Source: a bacterium
GTDB lineage: Bacteria > Bacillota > Clostridia > Oscillospirales > Acutalibacteraceae
DNA length: 41,311 nucleotides
Reading direction: 5' to 3'
NCBI GenBank assembly: GCA_020625635.1
Contig: JAHLBL010000001.1
Coordinates: forward strand, 1-41,311
In this document: positions 20,758-29,492 of the stretch, one piece after another
Position numbering within the stretch: the stretch's first letter is position 1
Layout of the letters: every line of letters starts with the position of its first letter
Translations under genes and position numbers: made by a program
Notes under the pieces: model-generated
The model's input: only the letters and a program-made list of their open reading frames with translations
Databases searched by the model: none
What the model was told of the DNA's origin: nothing

Positions 20758-20798
20758 ATTCTATCCCCGCCTTTTACACTTAGAATTATACAGAATAT

Positions 20799-20827
20799 AT
20801 TATACTACAAAAGTCACGGTTTGAAAA
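20799..20827 (-). promoter_or_regulatory. Probable sigma-A promoter of the hprK-led gene run
   Basis: Minus strand TTTTCA-17 nt-TATAAT; a second TATAAT at 20785-20790. Confidence 0.5.
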
Positions 20828-20921
20828 GCGGATTTTAACATTTTTTTCAATTTATGCATAGTTATACATCTGTCTGAACTTAACGAAATATTTGTTAGAT
20901 GTATTTTAATGAAACTCAGTA

Positions 20922-21746
20922 TTAAATTAAACTCAGCGCAGCGACCGCGACCGCCGCGAGAACCGCGAGATAAACGGAATTCGCGAGGTAGTTGTGCTTG
21001 CGGCTGCCTATAACGGATAAGGTAGAAATTGTGTTTATATACACCGTAGCGAGCGTGAGCACCGTCAGCAGCAGACCGTCACTGCCCTTGAAAATGTCAA
21101 TCTGAGCCTTTGACGGAAGCACGCGCACGGGAAAGGCTTCCGTAACGCCCGACGAAACGAGAGTAAAGAATGCAACGGAGACCACCGTAAAGGCTGCGAA
21201 GTAAAAAAAGTTATATTTCTTACTGAGAATTATATTCTCGTACAGCAGAATATATGACGCCGAAGGGAACAGCAGTATCAGCGCGACAACAGGCGAGAAA
21301 ACAGGCATAAGGCTAAAACGGTAATCCACCATCGGAGCTGTCGAGACCGTGATGTAGATTATCGAAATAAGCACGACCGCTCCGACGATCAGCGACGCCC
21401 TCGCGGCAGCCTCGATCCCCTTAACCGTACAGAAGAACGAAAAACCGAAAAGTATCACCGTTATCAGCCAGCACGGCCCGTAGCCGAGCGCTCCGCAGAT
21501 ATAGCTGACGAACACTATCGATGACGCGACCGCCGACGCTCCCGCGTACGCGCTCGCCGCAAGCTTCAGCGCCGCTCCCGCTCTTCCCCGATAGAACGCT
21601 ATAAAAAGTCCGTTTATTCCGAGAGCCGCTCCGCACAGAAGCGGCTGAAAAAGCGAGGCGGACGAGTCGATAAACAACAGCGAGGCGAAAACGGAGATCG
21701 TCGAAAGGAAACAGAACTGGGTAAAGGTTATTCTGCTATTTTTCAT
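20922..21746 (-). CDS. Polytopic membrane protein, probable short/divergent GerAB-like spore germination permease
   Basis: Very hydrophobic; KGIEAAARAS resembles the GerAB G.E..AR motif; overlaps the gerAA-like stop by 11 nt. Confidence 0.6.
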   Translation of the reverse strand: MKNSRITFTQFCFLSTISVFASLLFIDSSASLFQPLLCGAALGINGLFIAFYRGRAGAALKLAASAYAGASAVASSIVFVSYICGALGYGPCWLITVILFGFSFFCTVKGIEAAARASLIVGAVVLISIIYITVSTAPMVDYRFSLMPVFSPVVALILLFPSASYILLYENIILSKKYNFFYFAAFTVVSVAFFTLVSSGVTEAFPVRVLPSKAQIDIFKGSDGLLLTVLTLATVYINTISTLSVIGSRKHNYLANSVYLAVLAAVAVAALSLI

Positions 21747-23190
21747 ACTTGCTTCCTCCCTTGAGCGCGTAGACGTTCATATCATAGCCCGAAAGCTTTT
21801 TCCAGCCCATACGCACAAACACATCGCGCATAAACTCCTTTGAAAACGGCGTTATCGGAGAGATATAGTTAACGCCGAGGGTGGACTTTGAGCACATATA
21901 AATCAGCACGACGAGCGAGAGCATAGTGATTCCCCAGATACCGAGCACACCCGCGGCAACGATAAACGAAAGGCGCATTATTGTAATCTGCGGATAAAGG
22001 TCGGGAATGACGTAGCTGCAAATAGCCGCCACGGCTACAGCCATCAGCGTCGGCGCTCCGATAAGCCCCGCGTTGATCGCGCAGTCACCGATCACGAGCG
22101 CGCCGACTATACTCACAGCGTGACCGAGGACCTTCGGCAGTCTCAGCCCAGCCTCGCGCATAATCTCGTAAATGAAGTCGATCATCAGCACCTCGAGCGT
22201 AAGAGGAAGCGGAGTGTGCTCGATGGAGTCGTTAATGTTTTTCAGGAGTACCTCGGGGATATACTCGGGGTGAAAGGTCACAAACGCGATATACACCGCG
22301 GGAAAAAGGATTGCCGCGAAGTATGAGATATATTTCAGAATACGCACGAGCGTCGCGAAGTACGGGCGGTTGCTGTAATCGTCTACCGACTGAAAATTCT
22401 CAACAAAAAGATGCGGCATAACGAGCACAGAGGGCGTACCGTCAACAATGATTCCGATTCTGCCCTCGGTGATTTTGCCGCAGAGAGTGTCGGGACGCTC
22501 GGTTATACCGACTCCCGTGAAAATCTCGTTCTTGCCGCTGTCCTCGAGATACGGCACGAGGTAGCCGCTGCCGAGAACAGTCTTTATGTCGCACGCCCTG
22601 ATGCGTCGGCGGATTTCCTCCACTGAGGACGGCGTCGCCTTGTTGCCGAGATAGCAGATCGCGAGCTGAGTTTTTGACTCACTGCCGACCGTGAACGTCT
22701 CGAAAATAAGCTTCGGCGTTTTCATACGTCGTCGGATAAGCGTCATATTTACGCGCATAGCCTCGGTAAAGCCCTCGCGGCTTCCGCGCTGGACAAGCTC
22801 GCTCTCGGGCTCGGTAACGCCGCGGAACGAGTAACCCTGTACTCCCACAGCTGCCATTCGCGCGCTGCCGTCGACGGCGAGCACCGCGAAGCCAGACATA
22901 ATAAAGCTGAAAACCTCGTCAAAGCTCTTTACCTCGATAACCTCACTGGCGGAAAGCACGCTGTCAAACAGAAATCGGAACAGCTCCTCTCCCCTTTTCG
23001 CGCCGCATTCACAGCCGAGGAGCGGATTTATAACCGAGGTCGCGAGCACCTCCTTCTCGCACATTCCCTCGGTCGTCAATACCGCGCAGTTCTGTGAGCC
23101 GCCGAGCGTGAACTCGCGGACTGTAAAATCAGCTGAGGAGGATGTTTCGCGTTTCAGATAGTCGATATTTTCTTTTAAAGAACTATACAT
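21736..23190 (-). CDS. Spore germination protein, GerA/GerKA family
   Basis: EPESELVQRGSREGFTE, LIRRR, TERPD, EGRIGIIVDGTP, FQSVDDY, REAGLRLP, SIVGALVIGD.AI.AG. Confidence 0.92.
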   Translation of the reverse strand: MYSSLKENIDYLKRETSSSADFTVREFTLGGSQNCAVLTTEGMCEKEVLATSVINPLLGCECGAKRGEELFRFLFDSVLSASEVIEVKSFDEVFSFIMSGFAVLAVDGSARMAAVGVQGYSFRGVTEPESELVQRGSREGFTEAMRVNMTLIRRRMKTPKLIFETFTVGSESKTQLAICYLGNKATPSSVEEIRRRIRACDIKTVLGSGYLVPYLEDSGKNEIFTGVGITERPDTLCGKITEGRIGIIVDGTPSVLVMPHLFVENFQSVDDYSNRPYFATLVRILKYISYFAAILFPAVYIAFVTFHPEYIPEVLLKNINDSIEHTPLPLTLEVLMIDFIYEIMREAGLRLPKVLGHAVSIVGALVIGDCAINAGLIGAPTLMAVAVAAICSYVIPDLYPQITIMRLSFIVAAGVLGIWGITMLSLVVLIYMCSKSTLGVNYISPITPFSKEFMRDVFVRMGWKKLSGYDMNVYALKGGSKYEK

Positions 23191-23206
23191 TAAATCACCG
23201 TTTATA

Positions 23207-23253
23207 AGTTTTGCACATTACAATGCATTATTCAGAAATTTATAATAATACTA
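23207..23253. promoter_or_regulatory. Overlapping divergent forespore (sigma-G/F-like) promoters
   Basis: Plus: TGCAT-18 nt-AATACTA (23224-23253) toward DUF421; minus: TGAATA-~15 nt-CAAAACT toward the gerA-like gene. By-eye match to B. subtilis consensus. Confidence 0.45.
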
Positions 23254-23267
23254 AAAGCGGTGAGAAA

Positions 23268-23936
23268 ATGTTTGTAACAATAATCAGAACGCTTATGCTC
23301 TACGCCGCCATTACTCTCGCGGTGCGGATAATGGGCAAGCGGCAGCTCAGCGATATGCAGCCCTCGGAGCTCGTCGTGACGCTTATTATCGCGGATATCG
23401 CTGCGATACCGATGGAGGACAACTCAATTTCGGTCGTCTCGGGAATGATACCGATGATGGTGCTCGTGGCGTGCGAAATCATCGTCAGCATACTTATGAT
23501 GAAGAGCACGACCTTCCGAAAGCTCGCGTGCGGAAATCCCGTTATGCTGATAAAGGACGGAAAGCTGCTTCAGGACAAGATGCGCAGCCTGAGAATGACG
23601 ACAGAGGATTTATGCGTCCAGCTGAGGCAGTCGGGAGTGTTTTCGCTCGAGGACGTGCAGTACTGCATAGCCGAGACGAACGGCAGGCTAAGCGTGCTTC
23701 AGAAGCCGTCAAAGCGCAATCCGAGCGCCGAGGATATGAATATCACAATTGAGGACAACGGCATCGAGGTCGTGGTAATCAACGATGGAAAGTTCCTCGA
23801 CGCGTCAATAGAGCTCGCTCAGAGTACAAAGGACGAGCTGAATAAAATTCTTCAAAAGAATAATGCAACGGTTGAAAAGGTGTTTATAATGACCTTTGAC
23901 CGTGACAAGAACTACAACATCATAGAGAAGGAATAG
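23268..23936 (+). CDS. DUF421 / YetF-family membrane protein
   Basis: RIMGKRQLS, three TM segments, GNPVMLIKDGK, LRQSGVF, AETNGRLSV; ATG at 23268 after GCGGTGA RBS. Confidence 0.88.
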   Translation: MFVTIIRTLMLYAAITLAVRIMGKRQLSDMQPSELVVTLIIADIAAIPMEDNSISVVSGMIPMMVLVACEIIVSILMMKSTTFRKLACGNPVMLIKDGKLLQDKMRSLRMTTEDLCVQLRQSGVFSLEDVQYCIAETNGRLSVLQKPSKRNPSAEDMNITIEDNGIEVVVINDGKFLDASIELAQSTKDELNKILQKNNATVEKVFIMTFDRDKNYNIIEKE

Positions 23937-23937
23937 T

Positions 23938-24321
23938 GTGAAAAGAATATATTTCGCGATAGTTTTTCTGCTTATTGCGCTCGGCGTTGGAGCACTCGAG
24001 TACGGCGTTATTTCCTCGGGCTGTGACAGCTTCAACGAACGGCTCGACACCGCGGAGGAAATGCTCGAGAACGGAAGATATACAGAGGCTCAGGAGCTGT
24101 GCAGACAGACTGCCGAGGACTTTGACCGCTACAGCGAAAACGGGCTTTACTACTTTTACAACCACGACAACACAAAGGAGGTCGGCGAAAGCCTCTCGAA
24201 GCTCGGCGAATACATCAGGCTCGGGCGAATCGACGACTTTGTCGTACTCAAGGACCTGATACAAAAAAGGCTCCTTGCCATAAAGGACAAGGAGCATATA
24301 ACTCTGAAAAATATTATCTGA
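23938..24321 (+). CDS. DUF4363-like protein with N-terminal anchor
   Basis: GTG start 1 nt after DUF421 stop; MKR + hydrophobic helix; C-terminal E..TLKNII; common partner of DUF421 in Clostridia. Confidence 0.7.
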   Translation: MKRIYFAIVFLLIALGVGALEYGVISSGCDSFNERLDTAEEMLENGRYTEAQELCRQTAEDFDRYSENGLYYFYNHDNTKEVGESLSKLGEYIRLGRIDDFVVLKDLIQKRLLAIKDKEHITLKNII

Positions 24322-25123
24322 GAAACATTTTTATTCTCGAAATGACGTAGAACAGGATCAGTACGCCGCAGTTGACGACAACGACGGTCGGACCTGTGGG
24401 GAACTCGAGGTAGTACGAGAGCACGAAGCCCGAGACAAAGCACACGACCGATATGATACCCGACACGACGATTACCGAGCGGAACGACTTACAGAGACGC
24501 ATCGACGACAGCGCGGGGAAAATAATCAGCGCGGAAATTAGCAGAGTGCCCATGATCCTCATACCGATTACGATCGTAAGCGCCGTAAGCGTAGCGATGA
24601 TCATATTGTAAAGCTGCGGACGGATACCCGTAGCGCGGGAGAAATCCTCGTCGAAGGTCGAGGCGAAAATTCTGTTATAGAATATTACAAAGACCGAAAT
24701 AACGATAACAGCGAGCACAACGCACAGCACGGTGTCGTTTCTGCTCGTCGCGAGGATCGAGCCGAAGAGATAGCTGTTGAGGTCGGTATTTAGTCCCGAA
24801 ACACTTGCGACTATCACGCCGACCGCGAGAGCTGTGCTCGATATAACGGCTATCGCGGCGTCTCCGTTTATTTTGCTGTTCTTGGAGAGCCTGAGCAGAC
24901 AGAACGCCGACACAAGCACGATCGGGACCGCAAGATGGAGCGGAGCGATATTCGCCGCGGCGGCAAGCGCGAGCGCGCCGAAGCCGACGTGCGACAGCCC
25001 GTCGCCTATCATGGAATAGCGCTTCAGCACCAGGATCACGCCGAGCAGTGCCGCGCACAGCGAAACGAGCGTGCCGACAATAAGCGCGCGCACCATAAAT
25101 TCATATGAAAATATTTCTAACAT
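24314..25123 (-). CDS. Zn/Mn ABC transporter permease (ZnuB-like)
   Basis: KRYSMIGDGLSHVGFG, YLFGSIL, TFDEDF, GTLLISALIIFP. Confidence 0.92.
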   Translation of the reverse strand: MLEIFSYEFMVRALIVGTLVSLCAALLGVILVLKRYSMIGDGLSHVGFGALALAAAANIAPLHLAVPIVLVSAFCLLRLSKNSKINGDAAIAVISSTALAVGVIVASVSGLNTDLNSYLFGSILATSRNDTVLCVVLAVIVISVFVIFYNRIFASTFDEDFSRATGIRPQLYNMIIATLTALTIVIGMRIMGTLLISALIIFPALSSMRLCKSFRSVIVVSGIISVVCFVSGFVLSYYLEFPTGPTVVVVNCGVLILFYVISRIKMFLR

Positions 25124-25133
25124 AGCGTCACCC

Positions 25134-25862
25134 TTATTCTCTGTTGTGCTTGCAGTCCTCACAGGGACAGTCCGTGATAAGGAACTTTTCGCCGTAGGGC
25201 GAATGCATATACTCGTGAGTTGTGCCGTAGAAATATCCGCCGTCCGACAGGTGGAGAATGTGGTTGGCGTGATTTACGGCTGAGTTGATATCGTGCGACA
25301 CCATCACTACGGTGATACCACCGCGGTTAAGCTGTGAGACAAGGTCGTACAAATCCTGACACGCGAGCGGATCAAGTCCCGTTAATGGCTCGTCGAGAAT
25401 CAGCAGCGAGGTCGTTGCGCTGAGCGCTCTCGCGAGGAGCACGCGCTGGCGCTGACCGCCCGAGAGCTCCTGGAACGACCTGTTTTTCAAATCGGAAATG
25501 CCAATTTTATCCATATTGTCGAGGGCGGTCTGCTTCTGCTTTTTTGTATAGAACGGGAGCATGCGCTGATTCAGCGTTCCCGAAAGCACAACCTCATAGA
25601 CCGAGGACGGAAAATCGTTCTGGATATTGTTCTGCTGCGGAAGGTAGCCGATGCAGTTCCTCCTCAGCGACTCGCCGTAGCTGATCGAACCGCCGAGCGG
25701 ATTTATAAGACCGAGCATTCCCTTCATCAGCGTCGACTTGCCCGAGCCGTTCTCGCCGACGATACAGAGGTAGTCGCCGTTGTTCACCTCGAAGCTCAGA
25801 CCGTCAAAGACGACGTCGCCGTCGTAGCCCATTTTCAGATTTTTACATTCTATCAGCGGCAT
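25134..25862 (-). CDS. Zn/Mn ABC transporter ATP-binding protein (ZnuC-like)
   Basis: GENGSGKST, GYLPQ, LSGGQRQR, LILDEP, SHD; C-terminal CPCEDCKH. Confidence 0.92.
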   Translation of the reverse strand: MPLIECKNLKMGYDGDVVFDGLSFEVNNGDYLCIVGENGSGKSTLMKGMLGLINPLGGSISYGESLRRNCIGYLPQQNNIQNDFPSSVYEVVLSGTLNQRMLPFYTKKQKQTALDNMDKIGISDLKNRSFQELSGGQRQRVLLARALSATTSLLILDEPLTGLDPLACQDLYDLVSQLNRGGITVVMVSHDINSAVNHANHILHLSDGGYFYGTTHEYMHSPYGEKFLITDCPCEDCKHNRE

Positions 25863-26767
25863 CAGTTAAGTGCCTCCTTTAGAGATTTCAAATTTATTTC
25901 CATAAGAGAATTATAGCTCACGCCGTCCTCAAACTGCTTTTTGGTGACGTTGTGGCAAGAGTAGAACACGCCCACCTCAGCGCCTGTCTCGTCGCAGATG
26001 GATTTGGCAAGGTTCTCGTTGGTATTGTCCATATGGAATACAACGGGAATGTCGTTATCCTTAACGAAGTCCGTAATGCGCTTAACAGTCTTGATCGAGG
26101 GCTGGGTTTCGGTTGAGCAGCCCGGAAAGGCGCTTATACGGTCGAGCCCGAGCTCCGTTACAAAGTAAAGAAGCGGAAATCTGTCGGCAACGACCATAGT
26201 TTTGCGAGTGGAAGCCTTTATCATTGACCTGAATTCGCCGTCGAGCTTTTCGAGGTCGGAGATATAGGACTTAGCGGAAGATTTATATGTTTCGGCGTTA
26301 TCGGAATCGCACGACTGCATACTCTCGGAAATCGCCGTAGTGAAAAGCTTCATATTAGAAAAAGAAGTCCAGATGTGCTCGTCGTACTCGTCACCCTTGT
26401 TGCCGTCGATATCCTCCTCGTACAGCTTATCCGCGACGTCGAACATCTTAAGCACCTTAACGTCGGAGTCGACAGACTCGAGTATGCCGTTGACCCACTC
26501 GTCGCTCTCGCCGCCGTTGTATATAAAAATATCCGCCTTGTTGATGTCGACGATATCCTGCGGCGTAGGCTCGTACTCGTGAGTCTCACTTCCCGCGGGA
26601 ACGAGCATACTTACCTCTGCCTTATCCCCCGCGACAGAGCGGGCGATATCGTAATACGGGAATATTGTCGCGACAATTTTTAGCTTTTCCGAGCCCGAAC
26701 CCTTGCACGCGCAAAGAGCGGGAACGGATAGAATAACAGCAAGCAGTAAAGCGAAAAACCTTTTCAT
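25862..26767 (-). CDS. Zn/Mn ABC transporter substrate-binding lipoprotein (ZnuA/AdcA-like)
   Basis: Lipobox LCAC, ETHEYEPTPQD, DEHIW. Confidence 0.9.
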   Translation of the reverse strand: MKRFFALLLAVILSVPALCACKGSGSEKLKIVATIFPYYDIARSVAGDKAEVSMLVPAGSETHEYEPTPQDIVDINKADIFIYNGGESDEWVNGILESVDSDVKVLKMFDVADKLYEEDIDGNKGDEYDEHIWTSFSNMKLFTTAISESMQSCDSDNAETYKSSAKSYISDLEKLDGEFRSMIKASTRKTMVVADRFPLLYFVTELGLDRISAFPGCSTETQPSIKTVKRITDFVKDNDIPVVFHMDNTNENLAKSICDETGAEVGVFYSCHNVTKKQFEDGVSYNSLMEINLKSLKEALN

Positions 26768-26808
26768 AAAACAACACCCTTACCGCCCGTTAAAAGGGCT
26801 GATAATTC

Positions 26809-26843
26809 AAACAAAAGGCTGTCCCTGTTTTGAGACAGCCTTT
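26809..26843 (-). terminator. Intrinsic terminator after secF
   Basis: AAAGGCTGTC-N10-GACAGCCTTT, followed by TGTTT on the minus strand. Confidence 0.7.
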
Positions 26844-26851
26844 CGAGCTTT

Positions 26852-27844
26852 TTATTTTTTCTTCTTGTTCTTGTTGCCGGGTCTCTTCTGCCACATAACC
26901 CAAAGGGGACCTGCGATACAGAGAGAGGAATAACAACCCGATACAAGACCGATGATCATCGGAAGAGCGAACGCTCTAACGGAATCGAGGTTGAATACGA
27001 TCGAGAAGATGAATACAATCACTACAGCGGCAATCGTTGTGATCGAAGTAACGATTGTACGGCGCATAACCTTGGAGGCGGAAACGTTGAACACGTCAGC
27101 GATGTCAGCCTTGTAGCCGAGGTTTCTTCTCTCCTCACGTACACGGTCGTAAACAACGACTGTATCGTTCAGCGAGTAACCGAGAATCATAAGCGCTACA
27201 GCCATGAAGCTCGAGTCGATCGGCATACGGAAGATTACGTAGAAGAAGTAGATGATCGCGAGGTCGTGGAACAGTGCTACAAGTCCGAACACACCCGCGG
27301 AGAGACCGCCGATTTTCTTGAATCGGAGCGTTACGTAGAGCACCATCAGCGCGCCCGCGATAGCAACCGCGAAGAGACACTTGAGAAGGAAGCTGAAGCC
27401 CATTGTAGAGTCAACGGACGTGCTTGTCTCGAGCACGAAATCGTTCTTGGGGAACGCCTTCTGAACTGCCTTTGTGATATCAGCCTGAAGCTCAGTCTTG
27501 ATTGTATTTGTGCCTGAGAACTGTACGCTGATCATATTTGTATGGTTAACAAAGTCCTGTGAGTATGAAAACGTAACGATATTGTCAGGGGTTTCCTTCT
27601 GGAAGAGCGACTCAACAGCGCTCTGGTCGATTTCACCCGAATACTTATACTTGAGCATTGTACCGCCGCTGAACTGGATGTCGAGCGTGGTGCCGAAGAT
27701 AATGTTGCAGATGATACCGATAGCTATAATTGCGATCGAAAGCCCGAAGAAGATCTTCTTCTTTCCGATAAAGTTCTTGGCGGGCTTGCCTCTTACGAGA
27801 AGCTTGTCCTCATAGGACACCTTAGTAAACTGATTATTTGCCAT
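26852..27844 (-). CDS. secF: Protein translocase subunit SecF
   Basis: IQFSGGT, LRF, FHD, GYSLNDTVVVYDRVRE, RTIVTS, GCYSS; ATG at 27844 after GGAGG. Confidence 0.93.
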   Translation of the reverse strand: MANNQFTKVSYEDKLLVRGKPAKNFIGKKKIFFGLSIAIIAIGIICNIIFGTTLDIQFSGGTMLKYKYSGEIDQSAVESLFQKETPDNIVTFSYSQDFVNHTNMISVQFSGTNTIKTELQADITKAVQKAFPKNDFVLETSTSVDSTMGFSFLLKCLFAVAIAGALMVLYVTLRFKKIGGLSAGVFGLVALFHDLAIIYFFYVIFRMPIDSSFMAVALMILGYSLNDTVVVYDRVREERRNLGYKADIADVFNVSASKVMRRTIVTSITTIAAVVIVFIFSIVFNLDSVRAFALPMIIGLVSGCYSSLCIAGPLWVMWQKRPGNKNKKKK

Positions 27845-29231
27845 CTTTCGCACCTCCATACAGCCACTTATGACGTGCCCATTTGAAGCCCGCGACTGCT
27901 CTGAGCATTACACGGCTCAAACCGATACCCATAATGAAGTTTGAAATAACGCCGATGAGGAGTGTGTAACCAAAGGAATAAATCGTACCTGTTGTGGACT
28001 GACCGAAAATCCATGAGAGGATGTTTGTGGGACCGAACACGAGCAGGAGGATGATCGCTACGATTACGATGGTCATATTACCGTCGATGATAGCGGAGAG
28101 CGAGCTCTTTGTACCTCTGTCGAGAGCGCCGTCAAGAGTACGTCCCGAACGCATTTCCTCGATGATACGCTCCGAGGTGATAACGTTGGCGTCAACGCCC
28201 ATACCGATTGAAAGTATGAGACCCGCGATACCGGGAAGCGTCATTGTGAAGGAATTGAATACAGGGAAGTAACCCGAGATAGCCGCGATGGTGATACCCA
28301 TCTGACCTGTGAGGGCGATTACGGCGATGAGACCGGGGAGACGATACATAACAATCATAAAGATCGCGATAAGGATAAACGCGATAACACCCGCGTATGC
28401 CATAGCCGTGAGAGCGTTCTCACCGAGTGAAGCGGAGATCGAACCCGAGCTTACTGTCTCGAGGTCGATCGGCATAGCACCTGCCGAAATTTTCTTGGCG
28501 AGGGCTGATGCTGACTCGGCTGTGAAGCTTCCCGAAATTGTGGCTTCGCCGCCTGTGATAACGTCCTGAATCGTAGGAGCGGAAAGCATCATGTCATCCA
28601 TCCAGATGGAGACTACCTTGCCGACATATTCCTGTGTGATATCGGCAAACTTCTGCTTACCCTCTTTTGTGAGTGTAAGGAGAACGATGTTCTGTCCCTT
28701 GTCATCTACGCGGGACTCAGCGCTCTCTACCATAGAACCGTCCATAAGAATGGTCTCGGTGTCGCCTGTAGGAGTTTTGTATACGGGCTCACCGTCCGAG
28801 CCTATAGCTGTATCCTTGTGCTCGTTGCCTGGACGGAATGTAAGCTTAGCTGTTGAACTGATTTCCTGAATCGCTTCCTCAACGTTGTAAGAGGACTCGT
28901 CCTCTTTCCAAGGATAACGAACGATAATACGGTCGGTGTTGTTATCAGCGTAGAGCTCGTAGTCTGTGATACCCTGGGAAACCATACGGGTTTCGATAAT
29001 AGACTTAGCGGACTCAAGCTGCTTATCTGTGGCGTTTACACCGTTTGCAGGCTGGAATGTAGCCTCGACGCCGCCCCTGATGTCTGTGCCCCATCGAATG
29101 TCACCGATTCCCTTAACAATCGTCTGCCTGTTGTCGCCTACATAGTAGGAAAGACCGAATACCGAGGTAAACGAAAAAGCAAGGATCAGAATGGCAACGA
29201 TGAAAAACACGGCTTTGGGAATTCTTTTCAT
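27834..29231 (-). CDS. secD: Protein translocase subunit SecD
   Basis: GTDIRGG, ISASLG, YRLPG, TLPGIAGLILSIGMGVDANVI..ERI.EE, IIDGN.T. Confidence 0.93.
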   Translation of the reverse strand: MKRIPKAVFFIVAILILAFSFTSVFGLSYYVGDNRQTIVKGIGDIRWGTDIRGGVEATFQPANGVNATDKQLESAKSIIETRMVSQGITDYELYADNNTDRIIVRYPWKEDESSYNVEEAIQEISSTAKLTFRPGNEHKDTAIGSDGEPVYKTPTGDTETILMDGSMVESAESRVDDKGQNIVLLTLTKEGKQKFADITQEYVGKVVSIWMDDMMLSAPTIQDVITGGEATISGSFTAESASALAKKISAGAMPIDLETVSSGSISASLGENALTAMAYAGVIAFILIAIFMIVMYRLPGLIAVIALTGQMGITIAAISGYFPVFNSFTMTLPGIAGLILSIGMGVDANVITSERIIEEMRSGRTLDGALDRGTKSSLSAIIDGNMTIVIVAIILLLVFGPTNILSWIFGQSTTGTIYSFGYTLLIGVISNFIMGIGLSRVMLRAVAGFKWARHKWLYGGAKDGK

Positions 29232-29277
29232 GCCATTGGACCTCCAAATATTTTCTCATATCCGCACGTATAAACAG

Positions 29278-29323
29278 AATAACTCTGTTACGAATACATA
29301 CGTACAGACGTAACAGAGTTATT
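29278..29323. repeat. 15-bp perfect inverted repeat at the secD promoter
   Basis: AATAACTCTGTTACG (29278-29292) / CGTAACAGAGTTATT (29309-29323). Confidence 0.9.
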
Positions 29324-29349
29324 ATAAAGTTTTTTTGAAAAAATGTCAA
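29321..29349 (-). promoter_or_regulatory. Consensus sigma-A promoter for secDF
   Basis: Minus strand TTGACA-17 nt-TATAAT. Confidence 0.85.
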
Positions 29350-29492
29350 TATGTATCTTAAATTTTTCAAATGTTTGCTTTTTTCGAAGCAAACAGCATA
29401 AATTCAGCAGAAAATTTTATTCAGCCGCTGAACTACGATAATAACCTCCGACTATAGACTCAGGGGCATTATCGGTTTTTCTGTAATCCGTT

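Noticed and set aside
20821-20836. cre (CcpA) site upstream of hprK
   Set aside because: TTGAAAAGCGGATTTT does not fit the WTGNAANCGNWWNCW spacing.
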